Below the pieces are notes generated by a model, which saw only the letters and a list, made by a program, of their open reading frames with translations, was not told where the DNA came from and made no database searches. Source: a virus (Duplodnaviria > Heunggongvirae > Uroviricota > Caudoviricetes). From it: a DNA stretch of 16,089 bases. A program made the position numbers and the translations under genes. Shown one piece after another: positions 1 through 10,844 of the stretch. Position 1 is the stretch's first letter. Every line of letters begins with the position of its first letter. The DNA lies in IMG/VR virus record IMGVR_UViG_2529293138_000003. The stretch is one strand, 5' to 3'.

Positions 1-229
1 CAAGAGCAATATGTATCTGCTCGATCATTCGGTTTGGAAAGCGGATGTTACGGGTAGTTGTTCTGCTGGTTTTATTTTTTGATGACATGATGTTGTCCCG
101 TGTTCAGTGTTGCTGATTTGTATTGTCTGAAGTTGTTTTTACGTTAAGTTGATGCGGATCAATTAATGCGACACCTGCGCCAAAATTGATTATTTGACGT
201 GGTTTGATGGCGTAGATGCACGTTGTGAC

Positions 230-275
230 ATGTAGATGATAATTATTATCATTTTGCGGGTCCTTTCCGGCGATC
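230..275. promoter_or_regulatory. cosQ: Approximate cosQ region upstream of cosN; contains a perfect 8-bp-arm palindrome atgataat-t-attatcat at 236..252
   Basis: Palindrome read directly from the sequence. Position relative to the cohesive end matches where lambda cosQ lies; exact cosQ boundaries are not recalled with certainty. Confidence 0.5.
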
Positions 276-287
276 CGACAGGTTACG

Positions 288-299
288 GGGCGGCGACCT
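288..299. other. cosN: cosN cohesive-end sequence GGGCGGCGACCT (the 12-nt 5' overhang generated by terminase nicking), present here in joined form
   Basis: Exact 12-mer gggcggcgacct at 288..299, preceded by ccgacaggttacg (lambda right-end-like) and followed by cgcgg...ctatttatgaaaattttccggtttaagg (lambda left-end-like). Confidence 0.9.
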
Positions 300-339
300 C
301 GCGGTTTTTCACTATTTATGAAAATTTTCCGGTTTAAGG

Positions 340-452
340 CGTTTCCGTTCTTCTTCGCCGTAACCTAATGTTTTTATTTAAAACACCCCCTGAAAAGAAA
401 GGAAACGACAGGTGCTGAAAGCGAGCTTTTTGGCCTCTGTCGTTTCCTTTCT
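340..452. promoter_or_regulatory. cosB: cosB terminase-binding region: R3 (~340..355, gcgtttccgttcttct), AT-rich putative IHF site I1 (~360..395), R2 (396..411, agaaaggaaacgacag) and R1 (437..452, ctgtcgtttcctttct); R2 and R1 are exact inverted copies of each other
   Basis: R2 and R1 are 16-nt reverse complements, seen directly; R3 shares the cgtttcc core. This matches the known gpNu1-binding R elements of lambda. The IHF site is inferred from position and AT-richness only. Confidence 0.8.
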
Positions 453-476
453 CTGTTTTTGTCCGTGGAATGAACA

Positions 477-996
477 ATGGAAGTCAACAAAAAGCAGCTG
501 GCTGACATTTTCGGTGCGAGTATCCGTACCATTCAGAACTGGCAGGAACAGGGAATGCCCGTTCTGCGAGGCGGTGGCAAGGGTAATGAGGTGCTTTATG
601 ACTCTGCCGCCGTCATAAAATGGTATGCCGAAAGGGATGCTGAAATTGAGAACGAAAAGCTGCGCCGGGAAGTTGAAGAACTGCGGCAGGCCAGCGAGAC
701 AGATCTCCAGCCAGGGACTATTGAGTACGAACGCCATCGACTTACGCGTGCGCAGGCCGACGCACAGGAACTGAAGAATGCCAGAGACTCAGCTGAAGTG
801 GTGGAAACCGCATTCTGTACTTTCGTGCTGTCGCGGATCGCAGGTGAAATTGCCAGTATTCTCGACGGGATCCCCCTGTCGGTGCAGCGGCGTTTTCCGG
901 AACTGGAAAACCGACATGTTGATTTCCTGAAACGGGATATCATCAAAGCCATGAACAAAGCAGCCGCGCTGGATGAACTGATACCGGGGTTGCTGA

Positions 997-1022
<26 letters not shown>
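477..1022 (+). CDS. nu1: Terminase small subunit gpNu1 (181 aa), N-terminal winged helix-turn-helix that binds the cosB R sites
   Basis: ORF 477..1022; the translation MEVNKKQLADIFGASIRTIQNWQEQGMPVL... matches lambda gpNu1 from memory; same length; sits immediately downstream of cosB. Confidence 0.95.
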
Positions 1023-4703
<3,681 letters not shown>

Positions 4704-4723
<20 letters not shown>

Positions 4724-6035
4724 TCTCCCGCATATTGCCAGCATGGCCTTTAATGAGCCGCTGATGCTTGAACCCGCCTATGCGCGGGTTTTCTTTTGTG
4801 CGCTTGCAGGCCAGCTTGGGATCAGCCGCCTGACGGATGCGGTGTCCGGCGACAGCCTGACTGCCCCGGAGGCACTCGCGACGCTGGCGTTATCCGGTGA
4901 TGATGACGGACCACGACAGGCCCGCAGTTATCAGGTCATGAACGGCATCGCCGTGCTGCCGGTGTCCGGTACGCTGGTCAGCCGGACGCGGGCGCTGCAG
5001 CCGTATTCGGGAATGACCGGTTACAACGGCATTATCGCCCGTCTGCAACAGGCTGCCAGCGATCCGATGGTGGACGGCATTCTGCTGGATATGGACACAC
5101 CCGGCGGAATGGTGGCAGGGGCATTTGACTGCGCTGACATCATCGCCCGTGTGCGTGACATAAAGCCGGTATGGGCGCTGGCCAATGACATGAACTGCAG
5201 TGCAGGGCAGCTGCTTGCCAGTGCCGCCTCCCGGCGTCTGGTCACGCAGACCGCCCGGACAGGCTCCATCGGCGTCATGATGGCTCACAGTAATTACGGT
5301 GCTGCGCTGGAGAAACAGGGTGTGGAAATCACGCTGATTTACAGCGGCAGCCATAAGGTGGATGGCAACCCCTACAGCCATCTTCCGGATGACGTCCGGG
5401 AGACACTGCAGTCCCGGATGGATGCAACCCGCCAGATGTTTGCACAGAAGGTGTCGGCATATACCGGCCTGTCCGTGCAGGCTGTGCTGGATACCGAGGC
5501 TGCAGTGTACAGCGGTCAGGAGGCCATTGATGCCGGACTGGCTGATGAACTTGTTAACAGTACCGATGCGATCACCGTCATGCGTGATGCACTGGATGCA
5601 CGTAAATCCCGTCTCTCAGGAGGGCGAATGACCAAAGAGACTCAATCAACAACTGTTTCAGCCACTGCTTCGCAGGCTGACGTTACTGGCGTGGTGCAAG
5701 CGACGGAGGGCGAGAACGCCAGCGCGGCGCAGCCGGACGTGAACGCGCAGATCACCGCAGCGGTTGCGGCAGAAAACAGCCGCATTATGGGGATCCTCAA
5801 CTGTGAGGAGGCCCACGGACGCGAAGAACAGGCACGCGTGCTGGCAGAAACCCCCGGTATGACCGTGGAAACGGCCCGCAGCATTCTGGCCGCAGCACCA
5901 CAGAGTGCACAGGCGCGCAGTGACACTGCGCTGGATCGTCTGATGCAGGGGGCACCGGCACCGCTGGCTGCAGGTAACCTGGCATCTGATATCCATAAAG
6001 AATTACTTAATACACCTGAAGCTTTACCGGTATAA
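4704..6035 (+). CDS. C: Prohead protease gpC (S49/ClpP-like serine protease family), about 443 aa, GTG start at 4704 preceded by gaggaggagaaga
   Basis: The ORF track extends to an upstream ATG at 4569 inside B, but the strong Shine-Dalgarno gaggagg sits 5-13 nt before the GTG at 4704 and the product then begins VTAELRNLPHIASMAFNEPLM (lambda gpC N-terminus). It is 4 codons longer than lambda gpC as I recall it (439 aa). Confidence 0.85.
5418..6035 (+). CDS. nu3: Scaffolding protein gpNu3, made from an internal in-frame start within C (nested gene sharing the C-terminal ~205 codons)
   Basis: In-frame ATG at 5418 (MDATRQMFAQKV...), exactly 238 codons after the C start, as in lambda (C 4418 / Nu3 5132). 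Acidic, Ala/Gln-rich product typical of scaffold proteins. Confidence 0.75.
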   Translation: MDATRQMFAQKVSAYTGLSVQAVLDTEAAVYSGQEAIDAGLADELVNSTDAITVMRDALDARKSRLSGGRMTKETQSTTVSATASQADVTGVVQATEGENASAAQPDVNAQITAAVAAENSRIMGILNCEEAHGREEQARVLAETPGMTVETARSILAAAPQSAQARSDTALDRLMQGAPAPLAAGNLASDIHKELLNTPEALPV

Positions 6036-6044
6036 GAGGCAGTT

Positions 6045-6377
6045 ATGGCGACAAAAGAAGAGTTTAACCATTACCAGCCGCTGGGTAACAGTGATCCGGC
6101 TCATACAGCAATTGCGCCTGGCGGATTGAGTGCGAAAACGCCTGCAATGACCCCGCTGATGCTGGATGGCACTACCCGTAAGCTGGTTGTGTGGGATGGC
6201 ACCACCGACGGTGCTGCCGTTGGCATTCTGGCGGTTGCTGCTGACCAGACCAGCACCACACTGACGTTCTACAAGTCCGGCTCGTTCCGTTATGAGGATG
6301 TGCTCTGGCCGGAGGCTGCCAGCGACGAGACGAAAAAACGGACCGCGTTTGCCGGAACGGCAATCAGCATCGTTTAA
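6045..6377 (+). CDS. D: Head decoration protein gpD (110 aa), N-terminal part divergent from lambda
   Basis: ORF 6045..6377; the C-terminal two thirds ([30 protein letters not shown]...[10 protein letters not shown]) match lambda gpD; the N-terminus [27 protein letters not shown] differs at several positions from lambda as recalled. Confidence 0.9.
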   Translation: MATKEEFNHYQPLGNSDPAHTAIAPGGLSAKTPAMTPLMLDGTTRKLVVWDGTTDGAAVGILAVAADQTSTTLTFYKSGSFRYEDVLWPEAASDETKKRTAFAGTAISIV

Positions 6378-6394
6378 CTTTACCCTTCATCACT

Positions 6395-6419
6395 AAAGGC
6401 CGCCTGTGCGGCTTTTTTT
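6395..6419 (+). terminator. Intrinsic-terminator-like hairpin between D and E: aaaggccgc-ctgt-gcggctttt followed by a T-run
   Basis: GC stem ggccgc/gcggc with a 4-nt loop, then seven T (6413..6419), read directly from the sequence; lies 18 nt after the D stop and 14 nt before the E start. Confidence 0.6.
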
Positions 6420-6432
6420 ACGGGAATAATTT

Positions 6433-7458
6433 ATGTCGATGTACACAACCGCCCAGCTGCTGGCGGCAAATGAGCAGAAATTTAAGTTTGATCCGCTGTT
6501 TCTGCGTCTCTTTTTCCGTGAGAGCTATCCTTTCACCACGGAGAAAGTCTATCTCTCACAAATTCCGGGACTGGTAAACATGGCGCTGTACGTTTCGCCG
6601 ATTGTTTCCGGTGAGGTTATCCGATCCCGTGGCGGCTCCACCTCTGAATTTACGCCGGGATATGTCAAACCCAAGCATGAAGTGAATCCGCAGATGACCC
6701 TGCGTCGCCTGCCGGATGAAGATCCGCAGAATCTGGCTGACCCGGCTTACCGTCGTCGCCGTATCATTCGGCAGAATATGCTGGATGAAAATCTGGCGAT
6801 TGCCCAGGTCGAAGAGATGCAGGCAGTTTCTGCCGTGCTTAAGGGCAAATACACCATGACCGGTGAAGCCTTCGATCCGGTTGAGGTGGATATGGGCCGC
6901 AGTGAGGCGAATAACATCACGCAGTCCGGCGGCACGGAGTGGAGCAAGCGTGACAAGTCCACGTATGACCCGACCGACGATATCGAAGCCTACGCGCTGA
7001 ACGCCAGCGGCGTGGTGAATATCATCGTGTTTGACCCGAAAGGCTGGGCGCTGTTCCGTTCCTTCAAAGCCGTCAAGGAGAAGCTGGATACCCGTCGCGG
7101 CTCTCATTCCGAACTGGAGACAGCGGTAAAAGACCTGGGCAAAGCGGTGTCTTATAAGGGAATGTATGGCGATGTGGCCATCGTCGTGTATTCCGGGCAG
7201 TACGTGGAAAACGGTGTCAAAAAGAACTTCCTGCCGGACAACACGATGGTGCTGGGTAACACTCATGCACGCGGTCTGCGCACCTATGGCTGTATTCAGG
7301 ATGCGGATGCACAGCGCGAAGGCATTAACGCCTCTGCCCGTTATCCGAAAAACTGGAAGACATCCGGCGATCCGGCGCGAGAGTTCACCATGATTCAGTC
7401 AGCACCGCTGATGCTGCTGGCTGATCCTGATGAGTTCGTGTCCGTACAACTGGCGTAA
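6433..7458 (+). CDS. E: Major capsid protein gpE (341 aa)
   Basis: ORF 6433..7458 (MSMYTTAQLLAANEQKFKFDPLFLRLFF...); length and sequence match lambda gpE. Confidence 0.97.
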   Translation: MSMYTTAQLLAANEQKFKFDPLFLRLFFRESYPFTTEKVYLSQIPGLVNMALYVSPIVSGEVIRSRGGSTSEFTPGYVKPKHEVNPQMTLRRLPDEDPQNLADPAYRRRRIIRQNMLDENLAIAQVEEMQAVSAVLKGKYTMTGEAFDPVEVDMGRSEANNITQSGGTEWSKRDKSTYDPTDDIEAYALNASGVVNIIVFDPKGWALFRSFKAVKEKLDTRRGSHSELETAVKDLGKAVSYKGMYGDVAIVVYSGQYVENGVKKNFLPDNTMVLGNTHARGLRTYGCIQDADAQREGINASARYPKNWKTSGDPAREFTMIQSAPLMLLADPDEFVSVQLA

Positions 7459-7460
7459 TC

Positions 7461-7478
7461 ATGGCCCTTCGGGGCCAT
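7461..7478 (+). other. Perfect 7-bp stem with a UUCG tetraloop (atggccc-ttcg-gggccat), 3 nt after the E stop codon
   Basis: Read directly from the sequence; followed by tgtttctctg and then the FI Shine-Dalgarno ggaggag. Confidence 0.6.
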
Positions 7479-7499
7479 TGTTTCTCTGTGGAGGAGTTC

Positions 7500-7895
7500 A
7501 TGACGAAAGATGAACTGATTGCCCGTCTCCGTTCGCTGGGTGAACAACTGAACCGTGATGTCAGCCTGACGGGGACGAAAGAAGAACTGGCGCTCCGTGT
7601 GGCAGAGCTGGAAGAGGAGCTTGATGACACGGATGACGCTGCCGGTCAGGATACATCTGTCAGCCCGGAAAATGCGCTGACCGGACATGAAAATGAGGTG
7701 GTATCAGCACAGACGGATACCGTGACTGATACGGCTGCTCTGGTCACGGTTGTGGCACTGGTGACGCTGCATACTGATGCACTTCACGCCACGCGGGATG
7801 AGGCTGTGGCATTTGTGCTGCCGGGAACGGCGTTCCGTGTCTCTGCCGGTGTGGCAGCTGAAATGACAGAACGTGGCCTGGCCAGAATGCAATAA
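7500..7895 (+). CDS. FI: DNA-packaging accessory protein gpFI (131 aa)
   Basis: ATG at 7500 preceded by gtggaggag; product MTKDELIARLRSLGEQLNRDVSLTG... as in lambda gpFI. The ORF track's upstream start at 7461 lies inside the hairpin and is unlikely. One codon shorter than lambda gpFI (132 aa as recalled). Confidence 0.9.
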   Translation: MTKDELIARLRSLGEQLNRDVSLTGTKEELALRVAELEEELDDTDDAAGQDTSVSPENALTGHENEVVSAQTDTVTDTAALVTVVALVTLHTDALHATRDEAVAFVLPGTAFRVSAGVAAEMTERGLARMQ

Positions 7896-7906
7896 CGGGA
7901 GGCGCT

Positions 7907-8260
7907 GTGGCTGATTTCGATAACCTGTTCGATGCTGCCATTGCCCGCGCCGATGAAACGATACGCGGGTACATGGGAACGTCAGCCACCATGACATCCG
8001 GTGAGCTGTCCGGCGCTGTGATACGTGGTGTTTTTGATGACCCTGAAAATATCAGCTATGCCGGACAGGGCGTGCGCGTTGAAGGCTCCAGCCCGTCCCT
8101 GTTTGTCCGGACTGATGATGTGCGGCAGCTGCGGCGCGGCGACACGCTGACCATCGGTGAGGAAAACTTCTGGATAGACCGGATTTCGCCGGATGATGGC
8201 GGAAGCTGTCATCTCTGGCTTGGGCGGGGCGTACCGCCTGCCGTTAACCGTCGCCGCTGA
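7907..8260 (+). CDS. FII: Head-tail joining protein gpFII (117 aa), GTG start
   Basis: ORF 7907..8260, Shine-Dalgarno gggagg at 7897..7902; MADFDNLFDAAIARADETI...; matches lambda gpFII. Confidence 0.93.
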   Translation: MADFDNLFDAAIARADETIRGYMGTSATMTSGELSGAVIRGVFDDPENISYAGQGVRVEGSSPSLFVRTDDVRQLRRGDTLTIGEENFWIDRISPDDGGSCHLWLGRGVPPAVNRRR

Positions 8261-8271
8261 AAGGGGGATGT

Positions 8272-8850
8272 ATGGCCATAAAAGGTCTTGAGCAGGCCGT
8301 TGAAAACCTCAGCCGTATCAGCAGAACGGCGGTGCCCGGTGCCGCCGCAATGGCCATTAACCGCGTTGCTTCATCCGCGATATCGCAGTCGGCGTCACAG
8401 GTTGCCCGTGAGACAAAGGTACGCCGGAAACTGGTAAAGGAAAGGGCCAGGCTGAAAAGGGCCACGGTCAAAAATCCGCAGGCCAGAATCAAAGTTAACC
8501 GGGGGGATTTGCCCGTAATCAAGCTGGGTAATGCGCGGGTTGTCCTTTCGCGCCGCAGGCGTCGTAAAAAGGGGCAGCGTTCATCCCTGAAAGGTGGCGG
8601 CAGCGTGCTTGTGGTGGGAAACCGTCGTATTCCCGGCGCGTTTATTCAGCAACTGAAAAATGGCCGCTGGCATGTCATGCAGCGTGTGGCCGGGAAAAAC
8701 CGTTACCCCATTGATGTGGTGAAAATCCCGATGGCGGTGCCGCTGACCACGGCGTTTAAACAGAATATTGAGCGGATACGGCGTGAGCGTCTTCCGAAAG
8801 AGCTGGGCTATGCGCTGCAGCATCAACTGAGGATGGTAATAAAGCGATGA
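8272..8850 (+). CDS. Z: Tail completion protein gpZ (192 aa)
   Basis: ORF 8272..8850, Shine-Dalgarno aaggggg upstream; length and sequence match lambda gpZ. Confidence 0.93.
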   Translation: MAIKGLEQAVENLSRISRTAVPGAAAMAINRVASSAISQSASQVARETKVRRKLVKERARLKRATVKNPQARIKVNRGDLPVIKLGNARVVLSRRRRRKKGQRSSLKGGGSVLVVGNRRIPGAFIQQLKNGRWHVMQRVAGKNRYPIDVVKIPMAVPLTTAFKQNIERIRRERLPKELGYALQHQLRMVIKR

Positions 8851-9242
8851 AACATACTGAACTCCGTGCAGCCGTACTGGATGCACTGGAGAAGCATGAC
8901 ACCGGGGCGACGTTTTTTGATGGTCGCCCCGCTGTTTTTGATGAGGCGGATTTTCCGGCAGTTGCCGTTTATCTCACCGGCGCTGAATACACGGGCGAAG
9001 AGCTGGACAGCGATACCTGGCAGGCGGAACTGCATATCGAAGTTTTCCTGCCTGCTCAGGTGCCGGATTCAGAGCTGGATGCGTGGATGGAGTCCCGGAT
9101 TTATCCGGTGATGAGCGATATCCCGGCACTGTCAGATTTGATCACCAGTATGGTGGCCAGTGGCTATGACTACCGGCGCGACGATGATGCGGGCCTGTGG
9201 AGTTCTGCCGATCTGACTTATGTCATTACCTATGAAATGTGA
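8847..9242 (+). CDS. U: Tail terminator protein gpU (131 aa)
   Basis: ORF 8847..9242; ATGA overlap with Z; matches lambda gpU. Confidence 0.95.
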   Translation: MKHTELRAAVLDALEKHDTGATFFDGRPAVFDEADFPAVAVYLTGAEYTGEELDSDTWQAELHIEVFLPAQVPDSELDAWMESRIYPVMSDIPALSDLITSMVASGYDYRRDDDAGLWSSADLTYVITYEM

Positions 9243-9249
9243 GGACGAT

Positions 9250-9990
9250 ATGCCTGTACCAAATCCAGCAATACCGGTGAAAGGTGCCGGAACCACCCTG
9301 TGGGTTTATAACGGGAGCGGCGACCCTTATGCGAAACCGCTTTCAGACGTTGACTGGTCGCGTCTGGCTAAAGTTAAAGACCTGACGCCCGGCGAACTGA
9401 CCGCTGAGTCCTATGACGACAGTTATCTCGATGATGAAGATGCGGACTGGACCGCGACCGGGCAGGGGCAGAAATCCGCCGGAGATACCAGCTTCACGCT
9501 GGCGTGGATGCCCGGAGAGCAGGGGCAGCAGGCGCTGCTGGCGTGGTTTAATGAAGGTGATACCCGTGCCTATAAAATCCGCTTCCCGAACGGCACGGTC
9601 GATGTGTTCCGTGGCTGGGTCAGCAGTATCGGTAAGGCGGTGACGGCGAAGGAAGTGATCACCCGTACGGTGAAGGTCACCAATGTGGGCCGTCCGTCAA
9701 TGGCAGAAGATCGCAGTACGGTGACGGCGGCAACCGGTATGACCGTGACGCCTGCCAGCTCCTCGGTGGTGAAAGGGCAGAGCACCACGCTGACCGTGGC
9801 ATTCCAGCCGGAGGGCTCAACTGACAAGAGCTTCCGTGCGGTGTCAGCGGATAAAACAAAAGCCACCGTGTCGGTCAGTGGTATGACCATCACCGTGAAA
9901 GGCGTTGCTGCAGGTAAGGTCAACATTCCGGTTGTATCCGGTAATTGTGAACTTGCTGCGGTTGCAGAAATCACTGTCACCGACAGTTAA
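9250..9990 (+). CDS. V: Major tail tube protein gpV (246 aa) with C-terminal Ig-like (Big_2-type) domain
   Basis: ATG at 9250 preceded by tgaggacg; product [20 protein letters not shown]... equals the lambda gpV N-terminus. The ORF track's start at 9220 is inside U and lacks support. The C-terminal ~85 residues ([25 protein letters not shown]...) resemble the dispensable Ig-like domain of lambda gpV. Confidence 0.95.
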   Translation: MPVPNPAIPVKGAGTTLWVYNGSGDPYAKPLSDVDWSRLAKVKDLTPGELTAESYDDSYLDDEDADWTATGQGQKSAGDTSFTLAWMPGEQGQQALLAWFNEGDTRAYKIRFPNGTVDVFRGWVSSIGKAVTAKEVITRTVKVTNVGRPSMAEDRSTVTAATGMTVTPASSSVVKGQSTTLTVAFQPEGSTDKSFRAVSADKTKATVSVSGMTITVKGVAAGKVNIPVVSGNCELAAVAEITVTDS

Positions 9991-10005
9991 TCCGGAGAGT
10001 CAGCG

Positions 10006-10428
10006 ATGTTCCTGAAAACCGAATCATTTGAACATAACGGCGTGACCGTCACGCTTTCTGAACTGTCAGCCCTGCAGCGTATTGAGCATCTCGCCCTGAT
10101 GAAACGGCAGGCAGAACAGGCGGAGTCAGACAGCAACCGGAAGTTTACTGTGGAAGACGCCATCAGAACCGGTGCTTTTGTGGTGGCTATGTCCCTGTGG
10201 CATAACCATCCGCAGAAGACAAAGCAGCCTTCCATGAATGAAGCCGTTAAACAGATTGAGCAGGAAGTGCTTACCACCTGGCCTACAGAGGCAATTTCTC
10301 ATGCTGAAAACGTGGTGTACCGGCTGTCCGGTATGTATGAGTTTGTGGTGAATGATGCCCCTGAACAGGCAGAGGACGCTGGGCCTGCAGAGCCTGTTTC
10401 TGCGGGAAAGTGTTCGACGGTGAGCTGA
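10006..10428 (+). CDS. G: Tail assembly chaperone gpG (140 aa)
   Basis: ORF 10006..10428, Shine-Dalgarno ggagag upstream; matches lambda gpG. Confidence 0.95.
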   Translation: MFLKTESFEHNGVTVTLSELSALQRIEHLALMKRQAEQAESDSNRKFTVEDAIRTGAFVVAMSLWHNHPQKTKQPSMNEAVKQIEQEVLTTWPTEAISHAENVVYRLSGMYEFVVNDAPEQAEDAGPAEPVSAGKCSTVS

Positions 10429-10844
10429 GTTTTGCCCTGAAACTGGCGCGCGAGATGGGGCGACCCGACTGGCGTGCCATGCTTGCCGGGATGTCATCCA
10501 CGGAGTATGCCGACTGGCACCGCTTTTACAGTACCCATTATTTTCATGATGTTCTGCTGGATATGCACTTTTCCGGGCTGACGTACACCGTGCTCAGCCT
10601 GTTTTTCAGCGATCCGGATATGCATCCGCTGGATTTCAGTCTGCTGAACCGGCGTGAGGCTGACGAAGAGCCTGAAGATGATGTGCTGATGCAGAAAGCG
10701 GCAGGGCTTGCCGGAGGCGTTCGTTTTGGCCCGGACGGGAATGAAGTTATCCCCGCTTCCCCGGATGTGGCGGACATGACGGAGGATGACGTAATGCTGA
10801 TGACAGTATCAGAAGGGATCGCAGGAGGAGTCCGGTATGGCTGA
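10006..10844 (+). CDS. T: gpG-T fusion tail assembly chaperone produced by -1 frameshifting at 10404..10410; the T portion occupies 10410..10844
   Basis: The T frame has no independent strong start; the -1 frame ORF 10410..10844 overlaps the G 3' end and ends 8 nt into H. Same architecture as lambda G/G-T. Confidence 0.85.
10404..10410 (+). promoter_or_regulatory. Programmed -1 ribosomal frameshift slippery heptamer G GGA AAG, the G to G-T frameshift site
   Basis: gggaaag at 10404..10410, with GGA and AAG in the G reading frame; the -1 frame remains open through 10844. Confidence 0.85.

Noticed and set aside
1-229. Possible gene or promoter in the 229 bp upstream of cos
   Set aside because: No ORF of meaningful length on either strand and no clear -35/-10 pair with proper spacing; the segment corresponds to the non-coding right end of lambda-like genomes. 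Late transcription is expected to read through from pR' far upstream, outside this window.
378-958. Small ORFs overlapping nu1 and cosB on both strands (378..737 minus, 412..618 plus, 596..958 minus)
   Set aside because: They overlap the cos protein-binding sites and the nu1 coding frame, and have no independent support; they are most likely chance ORFs.
7461-7499. FI start at the ATG at 7461 (144 aa)
   Set aside because: That ATG forms part of the stem of the UUCG hairpin, and the extra residues MALRGHCFSVEEF are not part of gpFI; the ATG at 7500 is preceded by ggaggag.
9220-9249. Longer V start at 9220 (256 aa)
   Set aside because: This ATG is inside the U coding sequence with no ribosome-binding site; the ATG at 9250 has one and yields the known MPVPNP... 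N-terminus.
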